A stretch of DNA of 64,000 nt from Octopus vulgaris (GCA_951406725.2 OX597823.1:76012001-76076000); one strand, 5' to 3'; counted from the first letter of the stretch, positions 39,561-53,638 are shown. Numbers and translations are program-made. Notes: generated from the letters alone by a model not told the origin.

Positions 39561-40667
39561 TAGTGATAGCATAGCGGCACATACCTAATACTCCTCACGC
39601 ATGTGCGTTATGTGATGTGCCAGTGACATTACTCGCTTAGGCCATGAGAGAGAATTTAACGCCCGAGGGATCGTTATGATCACGTAGATATAGTGATAAC
39701 TTAGCGAAGACAGATGTATGCCACTTAATCACCTGTGGACTGTTTTGGACCTCGATGTGGGTGGTGTTTCTGCTGCGTGAATGAGATTCAGGAATAGAGG
39801 GAGATGATATTCTTCGTAGAGACATTACGCATAATATAGCCACGTCCAGGATACTGGATTTATAGGGTACAAAGGTTTTATATATATATCGAAAGCGCTT
39901 ATCTTCTATATGAATATGAGTTATTAAATTTCAGAATAATTCAGTTTATTGAAATATGCGCAATCTTACTTGGAGGCAGATTGAGTACTGGAAAACCCCA
40001 GGCGAGTAGGGTGAGGCCCTGTCTTGTATACACCATTTAATGTTCTGTGAGCTGTTACTTATATTTTAGTTCCGAAAATTATTTATATGGCTAGAGGTGT
40101 TTAGATTTAAAACTTTCAATGTGTGAACAAGATTTGTCCTATAGAGTGTATTAGGTACTTCTCTTGCATATAAAATACATTTCATTTTACATTTATCACG
40201 AAAAAGACAACAATTTATTACATCATGTTCAGTTGTAGTAGCAGTTATATAACTTAATTTTCGGTAGATTCAATGTGAATGTTTAAAAGTATTAAATTTG
40301 TTTCAAGTTTTTCTGTGATTGAATATGTAATTTTAATATAGTCTTGTAAATTATTTTGTAATATGGCTTCTTCTGAAAGAAAATATTTCTTTCATACACT
40401 AAAGAATATTTATCGACAGGTTTTGCTCAAACTCTGTTGGCGGATTATACTAGATAATATTTTTTGCTTCAGGCTAGTGATTATAGTTCTCTGGGTATTT
40501 CTTCATATATAATTCTTTCGCGGAATATGTTGCGTAAAAGAAAATCATTACAATATTGTGGGTCCCTCCTTGAAGGTCTCTGAAGTTGTAGATCGATTAT
40601 ATAACTTCGGAAAAATATTCTTACCTGGATATTAATTATATACTTAAGGCAATTGAATTATACGGAG

Positions 40668-40743
40668 ATGAAGTGTACAGTTCCATTCAACTTGGCCTGT
40701 AAGAAGTGATGTGTACAGTTCTGTTCAATTTGGCCTGTAAGAA
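40668..40743. repeat. Tandem duplication, about 38 bp x2
   Basis: gtgtacagttccattcaacttggcctgtaagaa / gtgtacagttctgttcaatttggcctgtaagaa. Confidence 0.85.
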
Positions 40744-40891
40744 AAAGTAATTGGAAGCGTGGTTTGCATTATGATTTGTGCTCGCCTGTCATTGAAAAAG
40801 ATAGGTGTTTCTTTTTTCTTTTAATCTTTGATTTTATCTATTATTCTGGTTATCAAAGGATAGAAGACGTTGTTTTTTGTAGAACTATATT

Positions 40892-41201
40892 GGATCTTTA
40901 CCTTTTGACCAACAGATTTCAAATATAATTTTTTGTGACTAAACACGTTCAAACTTCGTTTACTTGTAGAATAGTTGTTGACAAACAACGGAAGTAATTT
41001 TATTCAGCTGAATACAAGTCATTGATTGGTTGAAATTATCGAAATACGACAATTTAGACAAAAACTAACTTCCAAAATACAGAATTTTCTCAACAACGCC
41101 AAGAGTAAAAGATGTGACACATTCTACCAGTATACGAAGTTTGAAAGTGTTTAGTTACAAAAAATTATTTTTTAAATCTGCCGGTCAAAAGTTAAAGATC
41201 C
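40892..41201. mobile_element. MITE with ~80-bp TIRs and an 8-bp TSD (Merlin-like)
   Basis: ggatctttaccttttgacc...aaacttcgtttacttgtagaat versus the right end (reverse complement) ggatctttaacttttgacc...aaacttcgtatactggtagaat. Flanks actatatt / actacatt. Confidence 0.85.
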
Positions 41202-41633
41202 ACTACATTTAACTTGGAAATCAATTTAGATGTAAATTTGTATAATATGCATAATCCTGCAATAGTCTGGCTTCCAACAAAATATTTTGTTCATGCTATC
41301 GTTGAATAGTAAGATAGAATTATTTTATCTGAAATAACCAAGTTTTGATAAAGTATGGTCTAAAATTTGTGCACTTTAATATCGATTTCAAAAATGTCAG
41401 TATTTGTTGTCACTGTGGTGATACTATGCAGATCATGTCGATATGTTTTAGAAATAGAAAAGTAACATTCCTGAATGTCAAATTGTAAGAAATTTCAAAT
41501 CTGTCTGTTATGGAAAATACGAATCAATCTATGGCAGCTTGGCTGTCATTTCCTTCTAGTGTGAACATAGACAGGCATACATGGATGTATCTGCATATAA
41601 TCATGTATGTGAACGCATGTGCATGTGTGTGCG

Positions 41634-41717
<84 letters not shown>

Positions 41718-41719
41718 AC

Positions 41720-41802
<83 letters not shown>

Positions 41803-41810
41803 CACACTTA

Positions 41811-41987
41811 CATACAAAATTTATTAAACCTATTTTATATCGCTGTTGCACAAAGTTTTGTGATACCACCTTTCTGTATAGCTAAGAGTTCATTAGAGAT
41901 TAAAAGTGCCTTTACGTGTCACATATGTATGTGTGTATGCCTGCATGAATATATATATATATATATGCATGTATGTATGCGTGTATA

Positions 41988-42018
<31 letters not shown>

Positions 42019-42170
42019 CAATATACATGAATACATACGTACGTACACACATACATACAAAATCAATTAAACCGATTTTATATCGCTGTTGCACAAAGTT
42101 TTGTGTTACCACTTCGCTATATATCCAAGAGTTCATTTAAGATTAAAAGTTCATTTAGGTGTTATATATT
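41811..42170. repeat. Direct repeat of about 115 bp (41811-41925, 42054-42170) separated by microsatellite
   Basis: Both copies contain ttttatatcgctgttgcacaaagttttgtg.taccac...aagagttcatt..agattaaaagt. Confidence 0.9.
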
Positions 42171-42480
42171 AAGTGCAAACGAAGCTTATGAGATGCTTTG
42201 ATTAAAACGAGTTTAGTGTACAAAATTAACAGTTAATATAATTAAATTATGACAGTTGATAACGCATCTAGATACAGGAAGTAACAAACATATAACATTT
42301 TGCGTACTGAGAAAATGGATACGCAAAAAACTGTGAGCTTTGATTGAGGGAAAGAAATATAGGGAAACAGAATTCGCAGATGGGAATAGAAAAGCTGAAA
42401 ATGAAATATAGAGTATTAACTGAAATGAGTTTAAAAGATAAATGTCATAAGACGGGTGAAAATAATTAAGTAGCTGCAGT

Positions 42481-43008
42481 TGCAGAATGGGAAGAGCTAG
42501 AATGAAATAGACTGCAGAATAGGAAGAGCTAGAATGAAATAGACTGCAGAATGGGAAGAGCTAGAATGAAATAGACTGCAGAATAGGGAGAGCTAGAATG
42601 AAATAGACTGCATAATGGGAAGAGCTAGAATGAAATAGACTGCAGAAAGGGAAGAGCTAGAATGAAATAGACTGCAGAATGGGAAGAGCTAGAATGAAAT
42701 AGACTGCAGAATGGGAAGAGCTACAAATGAAATAGTCTACAGAATAGGGAGAGCTAGAATGAAATAGACTGCAGAATGGGAAGAGCTAGAATGAAATAGA
42801 CTGCAGAATGGGAGACCTACAATGATATAGACTCCCCAATGGGGAGAGTTACAAATGAAATAGACTGCAGAATGGAGAGAGCTAGAATGAAATCGACTGC
42901 TGAATGGGAAGAGCTACAATAATATAGACTGCACAAAATGAAATAGACTGTAAAATAGGGAGAGCTAGAATGAAATAGACTGCAGAATGGGAAGAGCTAG
43001 AATGAAAT
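42481..43008. repeat. Minisatellite, 32-bp unit, about 16 copies
   Basis: Unit tgcagaatgggaagagctagaatgaaatagac, head to tail with no spacers. Confidence 0.95.
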
Positions 43009-43196
43009 TGTTGCAGTTGAGGAACAGGGAGATTTAATATAAAATAAACTATACGATCGAATTGTTGTTTGCATTAGATATGTTTGGATACTGAACGTCG
43101 TAACAAAGCAGTGCATAACGAAATACGGTTTCCCTACAAGTCATTAATATGCATTACAGCTGTCAGGAATGTATCTAATATCTAAATTTGGAATCA

Positions 43197-43380
43197 AGGT
43201 GGCGCGATGGCAGAATCGTTGGCATGCTGAACAAGATGCTTAGCGGTTTTTTCGTCCTGCTTTATGATCTGAGTTCAACTAACACCGGTCTCAATAAAGT
43301 AAGTACCAGTTGAGTACTGGGATCGATGGAATCGACTTTCACCTGCCCGAAATGTTCAGGCCTTATGCCAAAATTTGTAA
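43197..43380 (+). mobile_element. SINE family B, degraded, with an alternative tail
   Basis: ggtggcgcgatggcagaatcgttggcatgc...gagttcaa...ataaagtaagtaccagttgagtactgggatcgat...atcgact matches 4645-4904; the tail ggccttatgccaaaatttg differs. Confidence 0.7.
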
Positions 43381-44173
43381 TCCATGTGCAAAATTAGTAT
43401 CTCCAGTAATGTTACACTGCTATATTTGGTAGGTATTTAAGAGATGAGTTCGTGGATGGCTAATGGGTTGGACGTGGTGGGGATGAAGGAGCAAATACTT
43501 CTAAAATGTGGCATATTAAATATTTTACCATCTTCGATCTTATCGTTGTTTACATTAAACATAGTCGCATACGAAACGTCTTAATAAATCAGTGATGGCT
43601 ATAATTTCTATAGCACATCTGTAGAGGTATCTTTAACACGTGATATGAGAGAAGAGTTAATATTTGAACCAATGCATACAAGAACGTCTGTAATTGATTG
43701 GATGGCGAGTGAAAGAAGCACAGAAGCTAAGGAAAGGAAATCAGGATTTTATCAAAATTTACTAAAAGAAAAGTTTCGGAAAGTGAAGTAAAAGAGAAAT
43801 TCACGTTATTGTAAAAACAAGAAAAGAAACAAAAGAAAAATGCAATGTATCAATAGTACAGAGTGACCGGCTTATCGGATTTTGAATAAAACACAGCAAA
43901 ATAACGTATAATATTTAATAGACAAAGATAAATCCGATTTCTTTACATAATTTTCAGAAAAAGAGAAGTCAAATACCAATAGTTTTTCAAGAGTTGATCC
44001 AGCCTAATAATAGCCTTCCACACAAAAAGATGAGTTAGACAAATAAAATCTAAAGATTGTTTGGACAAGATATTTATAGTGTTTGAAGAGACTTCAAAAA
44101 CAATTGAAGAAGCTTTTTTAAAAATATTGCATCTGAGGAATCATGATGTGTTCAGTCAGTCGGTAGAATGAAA

Positions 44174-44390
44174 TACAGAGTGAGCCAAGAGTCACAAACA
44201 AAAAGTTCAATACGCTTCGGAATTGTAAAAGATATGCTTCAACTTTTCTAAAATTGAATGAGATTAATAAACAAATGATGAATGCACAATCAATTGTACG
44301 TGATGAACAAAATAAATAATAACAATCATAATAATGTAATATGAAAATAATGATAAAAATCTTGGTGCGTGACTTTTGGCTCACACTGTA
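44174..44390. mobile_element. Tc1/mariner-type MITE
   Basis: TA-cagagtgagccaagagtcac versus the right end (reverse complement) TA-cagtgtgagccaaaagtcac. Confidence 0.8.
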
Positions 44391-44571
44391 TATTAGAGTA
44401 GATAAGTTAAGAGTGAAGGTCTCAAAAGACAAAACTTTTCATTGGTAAACAAGCAGCAAGATAGTTTTCCTCCAATTTATAGCTTTGAATGTTCGACAAC
44501 AGACCAAAAATATGTACATTGATATGAGAGACACCTATTCATTCCAGAAATTGACTGTCAGTTGTTCGATG

Positions 44572-45125
44572 AATTGGCCTAGTGGTTAAGGCGTTGCACT
44601 CACGATTACGACATCATCTTGGTTTCGATTCACAAACAAGATATGTATTGTATTCTTGAGCAAAACACTTCATTTCACATTGCTCCAGTCCACTCAGCTG
44701 TAGATTGGTGACATTCAGACCGATTAGTGTACAAGGGTGAGATGGCAACTCCGAAAAAGTATCACTCGAACTGAAGGCTAGCGAGCCACGTTCTGTATTC
44801 AGAGATCGAAAGGATGAATAGTAAAACTCGTACTCTGAATTCCATATGGTTCAGTGGTTAGAGCGTCGAGCTCACAATCATAAGGTAGTGAATTCGATTC
44901 CCGGACCGAGCAGTGTGTTGTGTTCTTGAGCAAGATACTATAATTCAACTTGCTCCTGTCACTCAGCTGTCTTATAGAAATTAGTCGCAACCTCACTGGT
45001 TGTATCGGCTTTCTCTTTCCCTTGGGCAACATCGGTGGCATAGAGAGGGAAGGCTGGTATGCATGGGTGACTGCTGCTCTTCCATAAGCAACCTTGCCCG
45101 GGCTTGTACCTTGGAGGAGAACAAT
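44572..45125 (+). mobile_element. Two adjacent tRNA-derived CORE-like SINE copies
   Basis: Heads tggcctagtggttaagg (44575) and tggttcagtggttagagc (44847), each followed by ttcgattc, ttcttgagcaa..cact/tact and ttgctcc...cactcagctgt. Confidence 0.75.
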
Positions 45126-45320
45126 GCACCCCCACCACACCACACAGACGTATACACACATGCATATGTATGCATGTATGTCTGTATGTATATGTATATG
45201 TGTGTGTGTGTTTGTGTGTGTGTTTGTAGAGAGACAGTAAGTGAAAGCAGGGTCTAAGGAAATCAAGCGCCCCGTGAGAAAATTCTGTCTGGTAAAACTT
45301 CAATGATGGAAAATCAGAAT

Positions 45321-45743
45321 ACTCTTTTACTCGTTTCAGTCATTTGACTGTGGCCATGCTAGAGCACCACATTTAGTCGAGCAAATCGCCCCCAGGACAT
45401 AATCGACCCTAGTACTTATTCTATCGGTCTCTTTTGCCGAACCGCTAAGTTACGGGACGCAAACGCACTACAATCAGTTGTCAAGCGATGTTGGGGAGAC
45501 AAACACAGACACACAAACATACACACACACAAACACACACACAAACACACACACACACACACATATATATATACATATATACGACGGGCTTCTTTCCGTT
45601 TCCGTCTAACAAATCCACTCACAAGGCTTTAGTCAGCTCGAGGTTATAGTAGAAGACAGTTGCTCAAGGTGCCACGCAGTGGGAATGAACCCGGAACCAT
45701 GTGGTTGGTAAGCAAGCTACTTATCGCACAGCTACTCCTGCGC
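45321..45743 (-). mobile_element. SINE family A, full length
   Basis: Colinear with the other family A copies. Confidence 0.92.
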
Positions 45744-46994
45744 TTACATAAAAACTTCCAAAATCCGAAGAAATTCATGAGTTCATCATAATATGTATCT
45801 GTTTCAGAAATAAATTAAAAGCGAAAAGAATGAAAACGGTGCTACAATTGTTTCAGTAGCTCCTGGAGACTTTCAACAATTAGCACATTTGCTGGTGCAT
45901 CTAAATATGGGTTTATGTAAATCCATACTGTAAACCTAACCCTTTTTCTATCTTATATGACTATACCTTTCTTTTATTTTCTGCCCTAAGACGCCTGATC
46001 CTAAGTTCTATTTTCTGAAACCTACACTAAGCTTGAAACGTCAAGTTCACTCCAGAAACGTTAAACTAATAATCTCACACAGTTACTTTTTGTTTCTGTT
46101 TTGAATTTTTTTTTTTGTCTATTTGTTCTTCATTTCAGGATTAATATTAGAAATGTACACACACACACAAACACACCCACACATGTAAATACACTCACTT
46201 ACACGGATATGTATGTATGTATATATGTACCTATGTATATATTTATGTATGTATACCATTTATTAAACAAGATACATTTCACTAGCTTCATTGCCAGTAT
46301 TTCTTCCGAATTCTAACGATTTTTTAACTATTTATAACAATTTTCTTTAAGTATATCGTAAATTCTAATAACATCACAATGAAGTGCCTATATACAATAC
46401 CTCTTCATCAATATCGTTCGCCTTTTTCCAAAAGATATTTACTTATATTTTCTCTAGGTAATTTTAATACACTGTAAACCACATTTTCAATATTTCTGAG
46501 ACAGTCGCTAATAAAGCAATATGCTCAGCTAAATCATATATTACGTGTCATCGCTAATTCCACCACCAACTCTGTATATTTCCATTATCTTTGCATTATC
46601 GTGTTAGTACGCTTCCTTTTCACTAAGCACCAAGACTTAAAGAACAATCTAATTTTTAGCCTAACATCGCAATATCCTGTTTCATATATTTAAATACACG
46701 TGTCTGTGTCTTCTGTCACTTCGTTCTATTTCTCCATTAATATTATCCTGAGATCAAATTTCGAACATTGTTTAAGAGTTTTACTATTTAATCAACAAGT
46801 AATGTGTTTTAATAGGCCTTATACACAGGTAATAAAAACCAAGCAAGGATTTATTCGTTTCTCAGTAAGGTTATTTACCGTTTAAACTACAATATGCTAT
46901 AAAAAAAAATTATTAGCAAAACCTTTTTAGAAAGCAAAATTTAAATAATATTCAATTACAGTAAATAATACTTTTTTTTAATATTGGTACAGGC

Positions 46995-47650
46995 TAATAA
47001 GATGTGCTCTGAGAAAGGAGAAAGTATAAGCTATAAGCTCGCACTACGCGAATACAAAAGGAGACACGACAATGTGGCCAGAATTGTGCACTTGCTGTTA
47101 TGCGGTAAAGGAAACCTTGAGAGAACCGAACAATGGTATGATCACAAGCCAAAGGGAGTAATGGAAAACGAACATTACAAAATATTCTGGTGTTTTAACA
47201 TACTGTGCGACTAAGTCATGAAGGTGAGACACCCAGTTATCGTGCTTATCCTAAAGATGAAAAGGAAGTGAAGATAATAGATGTTGCAATTGCAGGCAAT
47301 TCGAGGGTGAAATGTAAGGAAACAGAAAAGATTGAGAAATACCATCCACAGCGGGAAGAAATAGGGAAGTTATGGGGTACGAGGAAAGCAATGGTGATAC
47401 TTGTGGTAATTGGAGCATTAGGAGTAGTTTCCATGAGCTTTGAAAAACATATTAAGAATATTGGGGCTGCTGTCAGGTTCGAAGTGATCCAGAAGGCACC
47501 ATTGTTGGGTGCTGCTCGCATTCTAAGGAATATTGTTTTTTTGTCTTTTTTTTAGTCACAGAAGGCACTACTTGAAACCTTTGGTGATTCGTTATTGACT
47601 GCTTTCAGGTAAAGAACACTCGGTAATTATGAACTTTGAAGTTTGAATAA
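46995..47650 (+). mobile_element. R4/Dong-type non-LTR retrotransposon 3' remnant (restriction-like endonuclease)
   Basis: LALREYKRRHDNVARIVH..LC...WYDHKP..V.ENE..KI.W, then IIDVAI..KE.EKIEKY...VVIGALG...IQK..LLG.ARILR. RHD and PD-D-K-type RLE layout, frameshifted. Confidence 0.85.
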
Positions 47651-48417
47651 TTTACCTCTGGAAGCATGGGTGTATTGTTCAACATCATTAAACAACTCTT
47701 ATTTAAGAACCTTTTAAGCGGGATGAGCTACTCGATCTGAAGAAAATGTTAACTAGGCTCCACCTGCAAGGTCTTGTGCTGTTTCTCTTGATATGAGATC
47801 ACCATGTCACTCACATATGGTTGTGATGCATGTACCTAGTGTACCCTTATCGGACGAGTAGTCATGATGGATAAACTGAGCTTCGTATATTTTACCCCAG
47901 TGTCACTTAGATGGCATGCACTGCTCTCTCACTCAATAATAGCAACTCGGCCAGCAACTGCTATTTTCTATGTGATTACCCTTAGAAAGTATGAAAATGG
48001 CTAATATTCACCTCAGACTTTTTTTTTTTTTTACATTTATTCAAACAGGAGAGAATTCCTCTCAGCCCATGGCTATGGTACTCTCCTACTACTCCTACTC
48101 ATGCTCAGATGAGTACATATTGTCAGCCACAACTGGAAATGCCCAGGTTGTTATGGTCAAACCCCGGAGAAGCAAATCTTTGATACTGAGCCGAATATTT
48201 GCTATAATGATGCTTCTGCCTCAGCAACCCAGTGCTGAATCTGCTTGAAATGTAATGTCAGTTTCAAAACATTGATGTCCAGATTGCGAAAGCAAAGGAA
48301 TAATAGTCACTTCTTTTGATTTTACGATACAAACAAATACGAAATGACACTTATTGACCGATGAACGAAAGAAATTAAAATTTTGTTACACAGTGTAATT
48401 TCATCATTCTTTATTTC

Positions 48418-48484
<67 letters not shown>
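48418..48484. repeat. (AAT)n microsatellite
   Basis: Directly visible. Confidence 0.97.
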
Positions 48485-50518
48485 TGTTCAAGCAAACCTC
48501 CACTATGCAGCTCCTGTAGGATTGATTCACTGCACATGTATCAAAAGGACATTTCTACATAAGGTCATATAAATGGTCTTAGTAATCACACTCACCAATG
48601 CACATATCGTTTCTCTTCATATTTAATTTTCATCATCTTCTCCTCAAACATCACTACTATTAAAAAAAATTTACTTCATCAAAATAATCACTATTACCAC
48701 CTGTAACTCACCTGTATTACTTTTTATCATCAATAGCGTTATGCGTGTTTAAAAGTGTGTGCATCTATGTATTATTCAAGATTACGTTTCTCAATCTTAT
48801 TTATGGACTCTGTTAGCTGTGCTATCTCTGAACGCTTTTCCGCTTGGGTGCTCCATATTCATTTTGTAAGATTTTCTATTCCTTCTATTGATATCTATTC
48901 TTCAGATATTCTAGCACTACAGATATTCTTGCCTCACATCATCATCGTTACTATAAACATCACTACCAAATACTTTATTCGTTTAGTTATTAATTATTTA
49001 TTTATATAGTATCAAGTTTAATACATTTCCATCTTAAACAGATCTGTAAATTCACATTTTCATTCTCGAATATTCTATCATCATAATTCCATCAAATCCA
49101 CTAATGCTACAGCTATTTTCAATACATCCTACCATATTTGTAGCTATAAACTTCCATTTATATTTGACTTTTGGTCTTATTTTATTTTCATTATCAACTT
49201 CATCACTCTCTACATATTTATTTGTTGTTTATTTGTATGATTTCATTTATTTTTCAATAAAAGTATCAGTAATATATTTTACCTTGTTAATGGGTTTAAA
49301 TTCAAGATCACAAATACCGTTCACTAATCCTCTCCATGTTCAAAGAACAAAATAAAAAGGTTTTCTTTGAACTTACAGTTTTAATAAAGCATGTTCACAT
49401 TTAATATATATAATATGAGGGATTTTTTCCTGACGGGTTCCATGATGTTTCTCTAAACATACAAACCTCGGATCAATATATATATAGAGAGAGAGCCAAC
49501 AGGTCACATCCAGAGATGCTCAATATAGAAAACACTTATTAGTGCTCAAATGATTTTTTCTTACACCCCGAATTATTTATCGAGAACTAAATCCATGGGG
49601 TTAAAGAATGGCTCTAAGAGAATCCAGAGGAGCTGAGATGAAGTTAATGATGGAAAAACACGTTTGGTCTTGATACATACAATATAAATAAAGATATTCA
49701 CGCAACTTGTATATGGAAAGTGAGAGATAACTGAAGCTGTTCAGATGAATATTCAAATATAAGCACAGACATTTATATATTTACGGAACGGGTTTACATG
49801 GTAGTATGAATGATGCAAAACCTAATGGAAGAGGATATGGGATTTCAAGTTCGAGAGAAGTAGAATAGACGTGAAGAGTATAGAAATGAGAAGGAAGGGG
49901 TGGAAAGGAGTAGAATGGTTAGTATTGTGAAGAAGGGTGGAATCGTTGTTGGGTATGTTGAAAACTGATGTTATTAATCAAGAATGGTCGAAGCTACAGA
50001 ACTGAAAAAGGGAGGTAGGTGCGATATGAGAAGTTAGGGACGGCTATTGAAATGACGGGAAGGGATCTACTCATAGATGCTGGCAAGTAGGCGGCAGGGA
50101 ACTTCGACGAATTCTCTCAATCTCTGTTCTGCCATGCCTATCTCATTTTGTCCTACCTCTGTTTCAACATTCCCTCCACCCTTCTGAACTGCCTACATCC
50201 TCATTCCACTTAATTTAGCCTTCCACTTTATTCATTCTACAGGTAAATTCCCTGCATTATGATTTGAATTGCTAGATGCCGATCTCTCCCCCCTGAACGA
50301 AGACCAGCTTTATGTTAATATTTATATGCATTCTCTACTCTGCCAATATTACAAAGATTACGCAATTCTGAGAATCCAGAAACAGCTGTAAGATCTGAGG
50401 TGCCCTCTGCCCTTAGCTTTCTATATTTTTGTACTCCATGCAAATCTGTTCTGTAAATATATGAAAATCTATGTTGCTACACGAATGCTCATATTCAGAA
50501 TATTTTCAATTTTTGTTG

Positions 50519-50556
<38 letters not shown>

Positions 50557-50739
50557 CTACATATATTTACATGTATATGTGTATGTATATTTCATACACA
50601 AACCCCAAGCATATCTATTTGCAACATCATATCTCTCTCTCTTTCATTCTCTTCCTCTTTTACTACATCTATCTATCTATTTCTCTCTCTCTTTCTCTCT
50701 CTCTCTCTATATATAATGTCTATACATATATATATATAC

Positions 50740-50796
<57 letters not shown>

Positions 50797-51501
50797 AATA
50801 CATACACGTATGTATCTACGTATGTACACATACATGCATGCCTGCATACTTTCGCATATGTGTATGCGTTTGTATCTGTGTGTACATGTATGTGTGTGTG
50901 TGTGTGTGAATGCTTGCAAGCATTTGTCTGTATTCGTATCTATGTGATATGTACGTACTTGTTGTACGTATATTTCATGTTAAAAAATGGAAAATACCGT
51001 TTAAAATCGATGCTTGGAGGAAATGCTTCAAGGAACTTCAATAAGATCATGACATAATATCAAAATCATTTACTGTCTGTTCAATTAGATACAACTACTT
51101 AAAGAGTCAGATGATAGGAGGAAAAGTGACATTTGGAAAACATATCATTTCCTGCGGGGTATAGAATATAACAAATGATTCTGTACTTGTCCAGTATGAT
51201 GCCTATCGTAGGATTCCATATATAGCTCTTCATCATAACTACAAGGTGGAGAACTTGAGTTTACAGTCGACAATGCTTCACAAAAGCTTTACAGTACTTT
51301 GAAGCAATTTGAAAATGCAAAAGATACCGTACGTGTTGGATAGTCGAATCTCACGTAGATCGGTCACTGTGTCTGTTGTAGAGATCCTGTATATTTTAGC
51401 ACTGTGCTTGCAGGAAGTATTTTCTGTTACCTATTTGTGATTCCGAATTTTGAAAAATTCTTGTCAGTATGTGGGTTAGGAGGATTAAGGTTTTTGTAAT
51501 G

Positions 51502-52678
51502 TATCAGATCATCCCATAAGTTATGTCCGAATTTACCTTTCTTTAAATAAAATGGAATTTAATGTTATTTTAGAATGTTTAATAGAATTAAAAATTAGTT
51601 TTATGCATTTGTGTACATTTAAACTAATTAACTATTATTTTACAGAATAATAGAATTAAAATTTCTTTGATTAAAACCCTTTCTAACATAAAAGTATCCA
51701 AAGAGCATTTAAGGCACATAATGCTTGATGAGTACAAAAAAGAAAATCTGCAGCCGAAGCGACTCGAAACATACACTCACTTTATGGGAAAGGATGCTTG
51801 AATGAAAGAACTTCCTGAAGATGTTTGCAAACATAGAAGTGGAGATTTCAGCTTAGTTCACACCATACAACTGTTCATCGGCATCTTCAACATCTTGGAA
51901 AGGTTCCTAAACTTGGAAAATGGGTGCCTCATGAATTGTCCGAAATCAACCGCAAATCCCGAGTTGACATCTTCTATTCTCTCCATTCTCGCGAACTCAT
52001 TTCACCCTTTTCGGATAGACTTGTGATTGGTGAGGAGAAATGAATCTTCTGTCGAAATGTTAAACGTCGTAAACAGTGGCTTGGTAAAAGGGAAAAAGCT
52101 CGACGACAATTTCGAAGGGAATTTCATGGAGAAAAGGTTCTTCTCTCTATCTGATGGAATTGCAAAGGAGTAATTCACTTTTAATTGTAACCACCTAATG
52201 CAACAATCAAGGCTCAGTCTACTCTCAGGAAGTAGAGCATTTGAACCAAGCTATTAAGAAAAACGACCCGCTTTAGTGAATCGAAAAAGAGTGATGTTTT
52301 ATCAGGACAATGTGCGACCCCACACTGCAAAGATCACATCACAGAAGATCGAAGAGCTTCGTTGGGAAATAATCCTCATCCACCTTATTCTACTGACCTT
52401 GCTCATTCAGACTACCATTTCTTTCGTAGTTTACAGTATAATTTGGGATACATAACTTTCGCAAGCAAGCAGGTGGTCGAAACTGATATTTCAGAGTTCT
52501 TCACTTTGAAACCAAAAGAGTTTTACATTGATGAGATTTAAAAGCTTGTAAAGAGATGGAAGGAAGTCATAGATAATCAGGGATAGTACATTGATCATTA
52601 AATCCCAATTAAATATAACATTTGATCACTTGTTTTTTTTTTTCAAAATTTGGACAGAACTTATGGGATAACTTGATA
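51502..52678 (+). mobile_element. Near-full-length decayed mariner (DD34D-type) transposon
   Basis: TIRs tatcagatcatcccataagttatgtccgaattt / (reverse complement) tatcaagttatcccataagttctgtccaaattt with TA ends. Relics HLRHIML, KWVPHEL, VIGEEK*, QDNVRPH and PPYSTDLAHSDYHFF. Confidence 0.92.
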
Positions 52679-53253
52679 GTTGTTTTATGCTTAAAATTGA
52701 CTTGTTAGCTCTGAGCAAATATCATTGCAAGCAGGAAGATTTCATGGCGAATATTCTGCCGTTGCCTTTATATTTTATTCGAAGTTAACCAATTTGGTGC
52801 GAATATATACGCTTCAGAGTGTGCGAGTGTATGTAAAAATGTGTATTTCTATATCGATATATGTGTATGTATTTACCTATTTAAATTTCCTCTCTTAAAC
52901 ATACTTAGTTGTAATACGAGTTCAATGTAATATAGCATTATATTTCTTGAAACAACATTTTTTTCTGTGTGTGTGCAAATGTTTTCTTCTCCAAGTAATA
53001 GCTTCTCAGTATTTCCCATAATTACCATAATCACTTTACAGGTTCGAGTTACATCATAAATTTAGCTTCTAGAAAAAACATTTTTGCGACCAAAAATAGA
53101 ACGGTGTGGAATCAGAAACAGCTATTATTTAGTTAGTTGCTAATCTCGCAAAAAATTCGGAATACTCTTCGTTTCACTGATCGCTGTTTTTTCACAATAT
53201 ATAGTTATTCTTAAATAGCTTTTTGTGTATTTGTGCTCTTTTTCTTTTTTTTT

Positions 53254-53638
53254 CTCTTTTTACTTGTTTCAGTCATTTGACTGTGGCCATTCTGGAGCAC
53301 CGCCTTTAATCGAGCAACTCGTTATTTGTAAGCCCAGTACTTATTCTATCGGTCTCTTTTGCCGAACCGCTAAGTGGCGGGGACATAAACACACCAGCAT
53401 CGGTTGTCAAGCAATGCTAGAGGGACAAACACAGACACACAAACAGACACGCACACACATATATATATATACATATATACGACAGGCTTCTTTCAGTTTC
53501 CGTCTACCAAATCCACTCACAAGGCATTGGTCGGCCCGAGGCTATAGTAGAAGACACTTGCCCAAGGTGCCACGCAGTAGTAGTTCGTAAGCAGTAGTTC
53601 GTAAGCAAGCTACTTACCACACAGCCACTCCTGCGCCT
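53254..53638 (-). mobile_element. SINE family A (B-box region replaced by a short tandem duplication)
   Basis: Colinear with the other copies; gcagtagtagttcgtaagcagtagttcgtaagc replaces gggactgaacccggaaccatgtggttg. Confidence 0.9.

Noticed and set aside
42481-43008. CRISPR-like array (32-bp repeats)
   Set aside because: Units are directly adjacent with no unique spacers, there are no cas genes, and the context is eukaryotic.
44572-44910. tRNA genes (also near 59500-59560)
   Set aside because: A/B-box-like heads without a complete cloverleaf. The 44.6-44.9 kb copies continue into SINE core sequence.
47650-48310. Probable additional repeat fragments after the R4-type remnant
   Set aside because: No second copy or diagnostic motif in the window supports a call.
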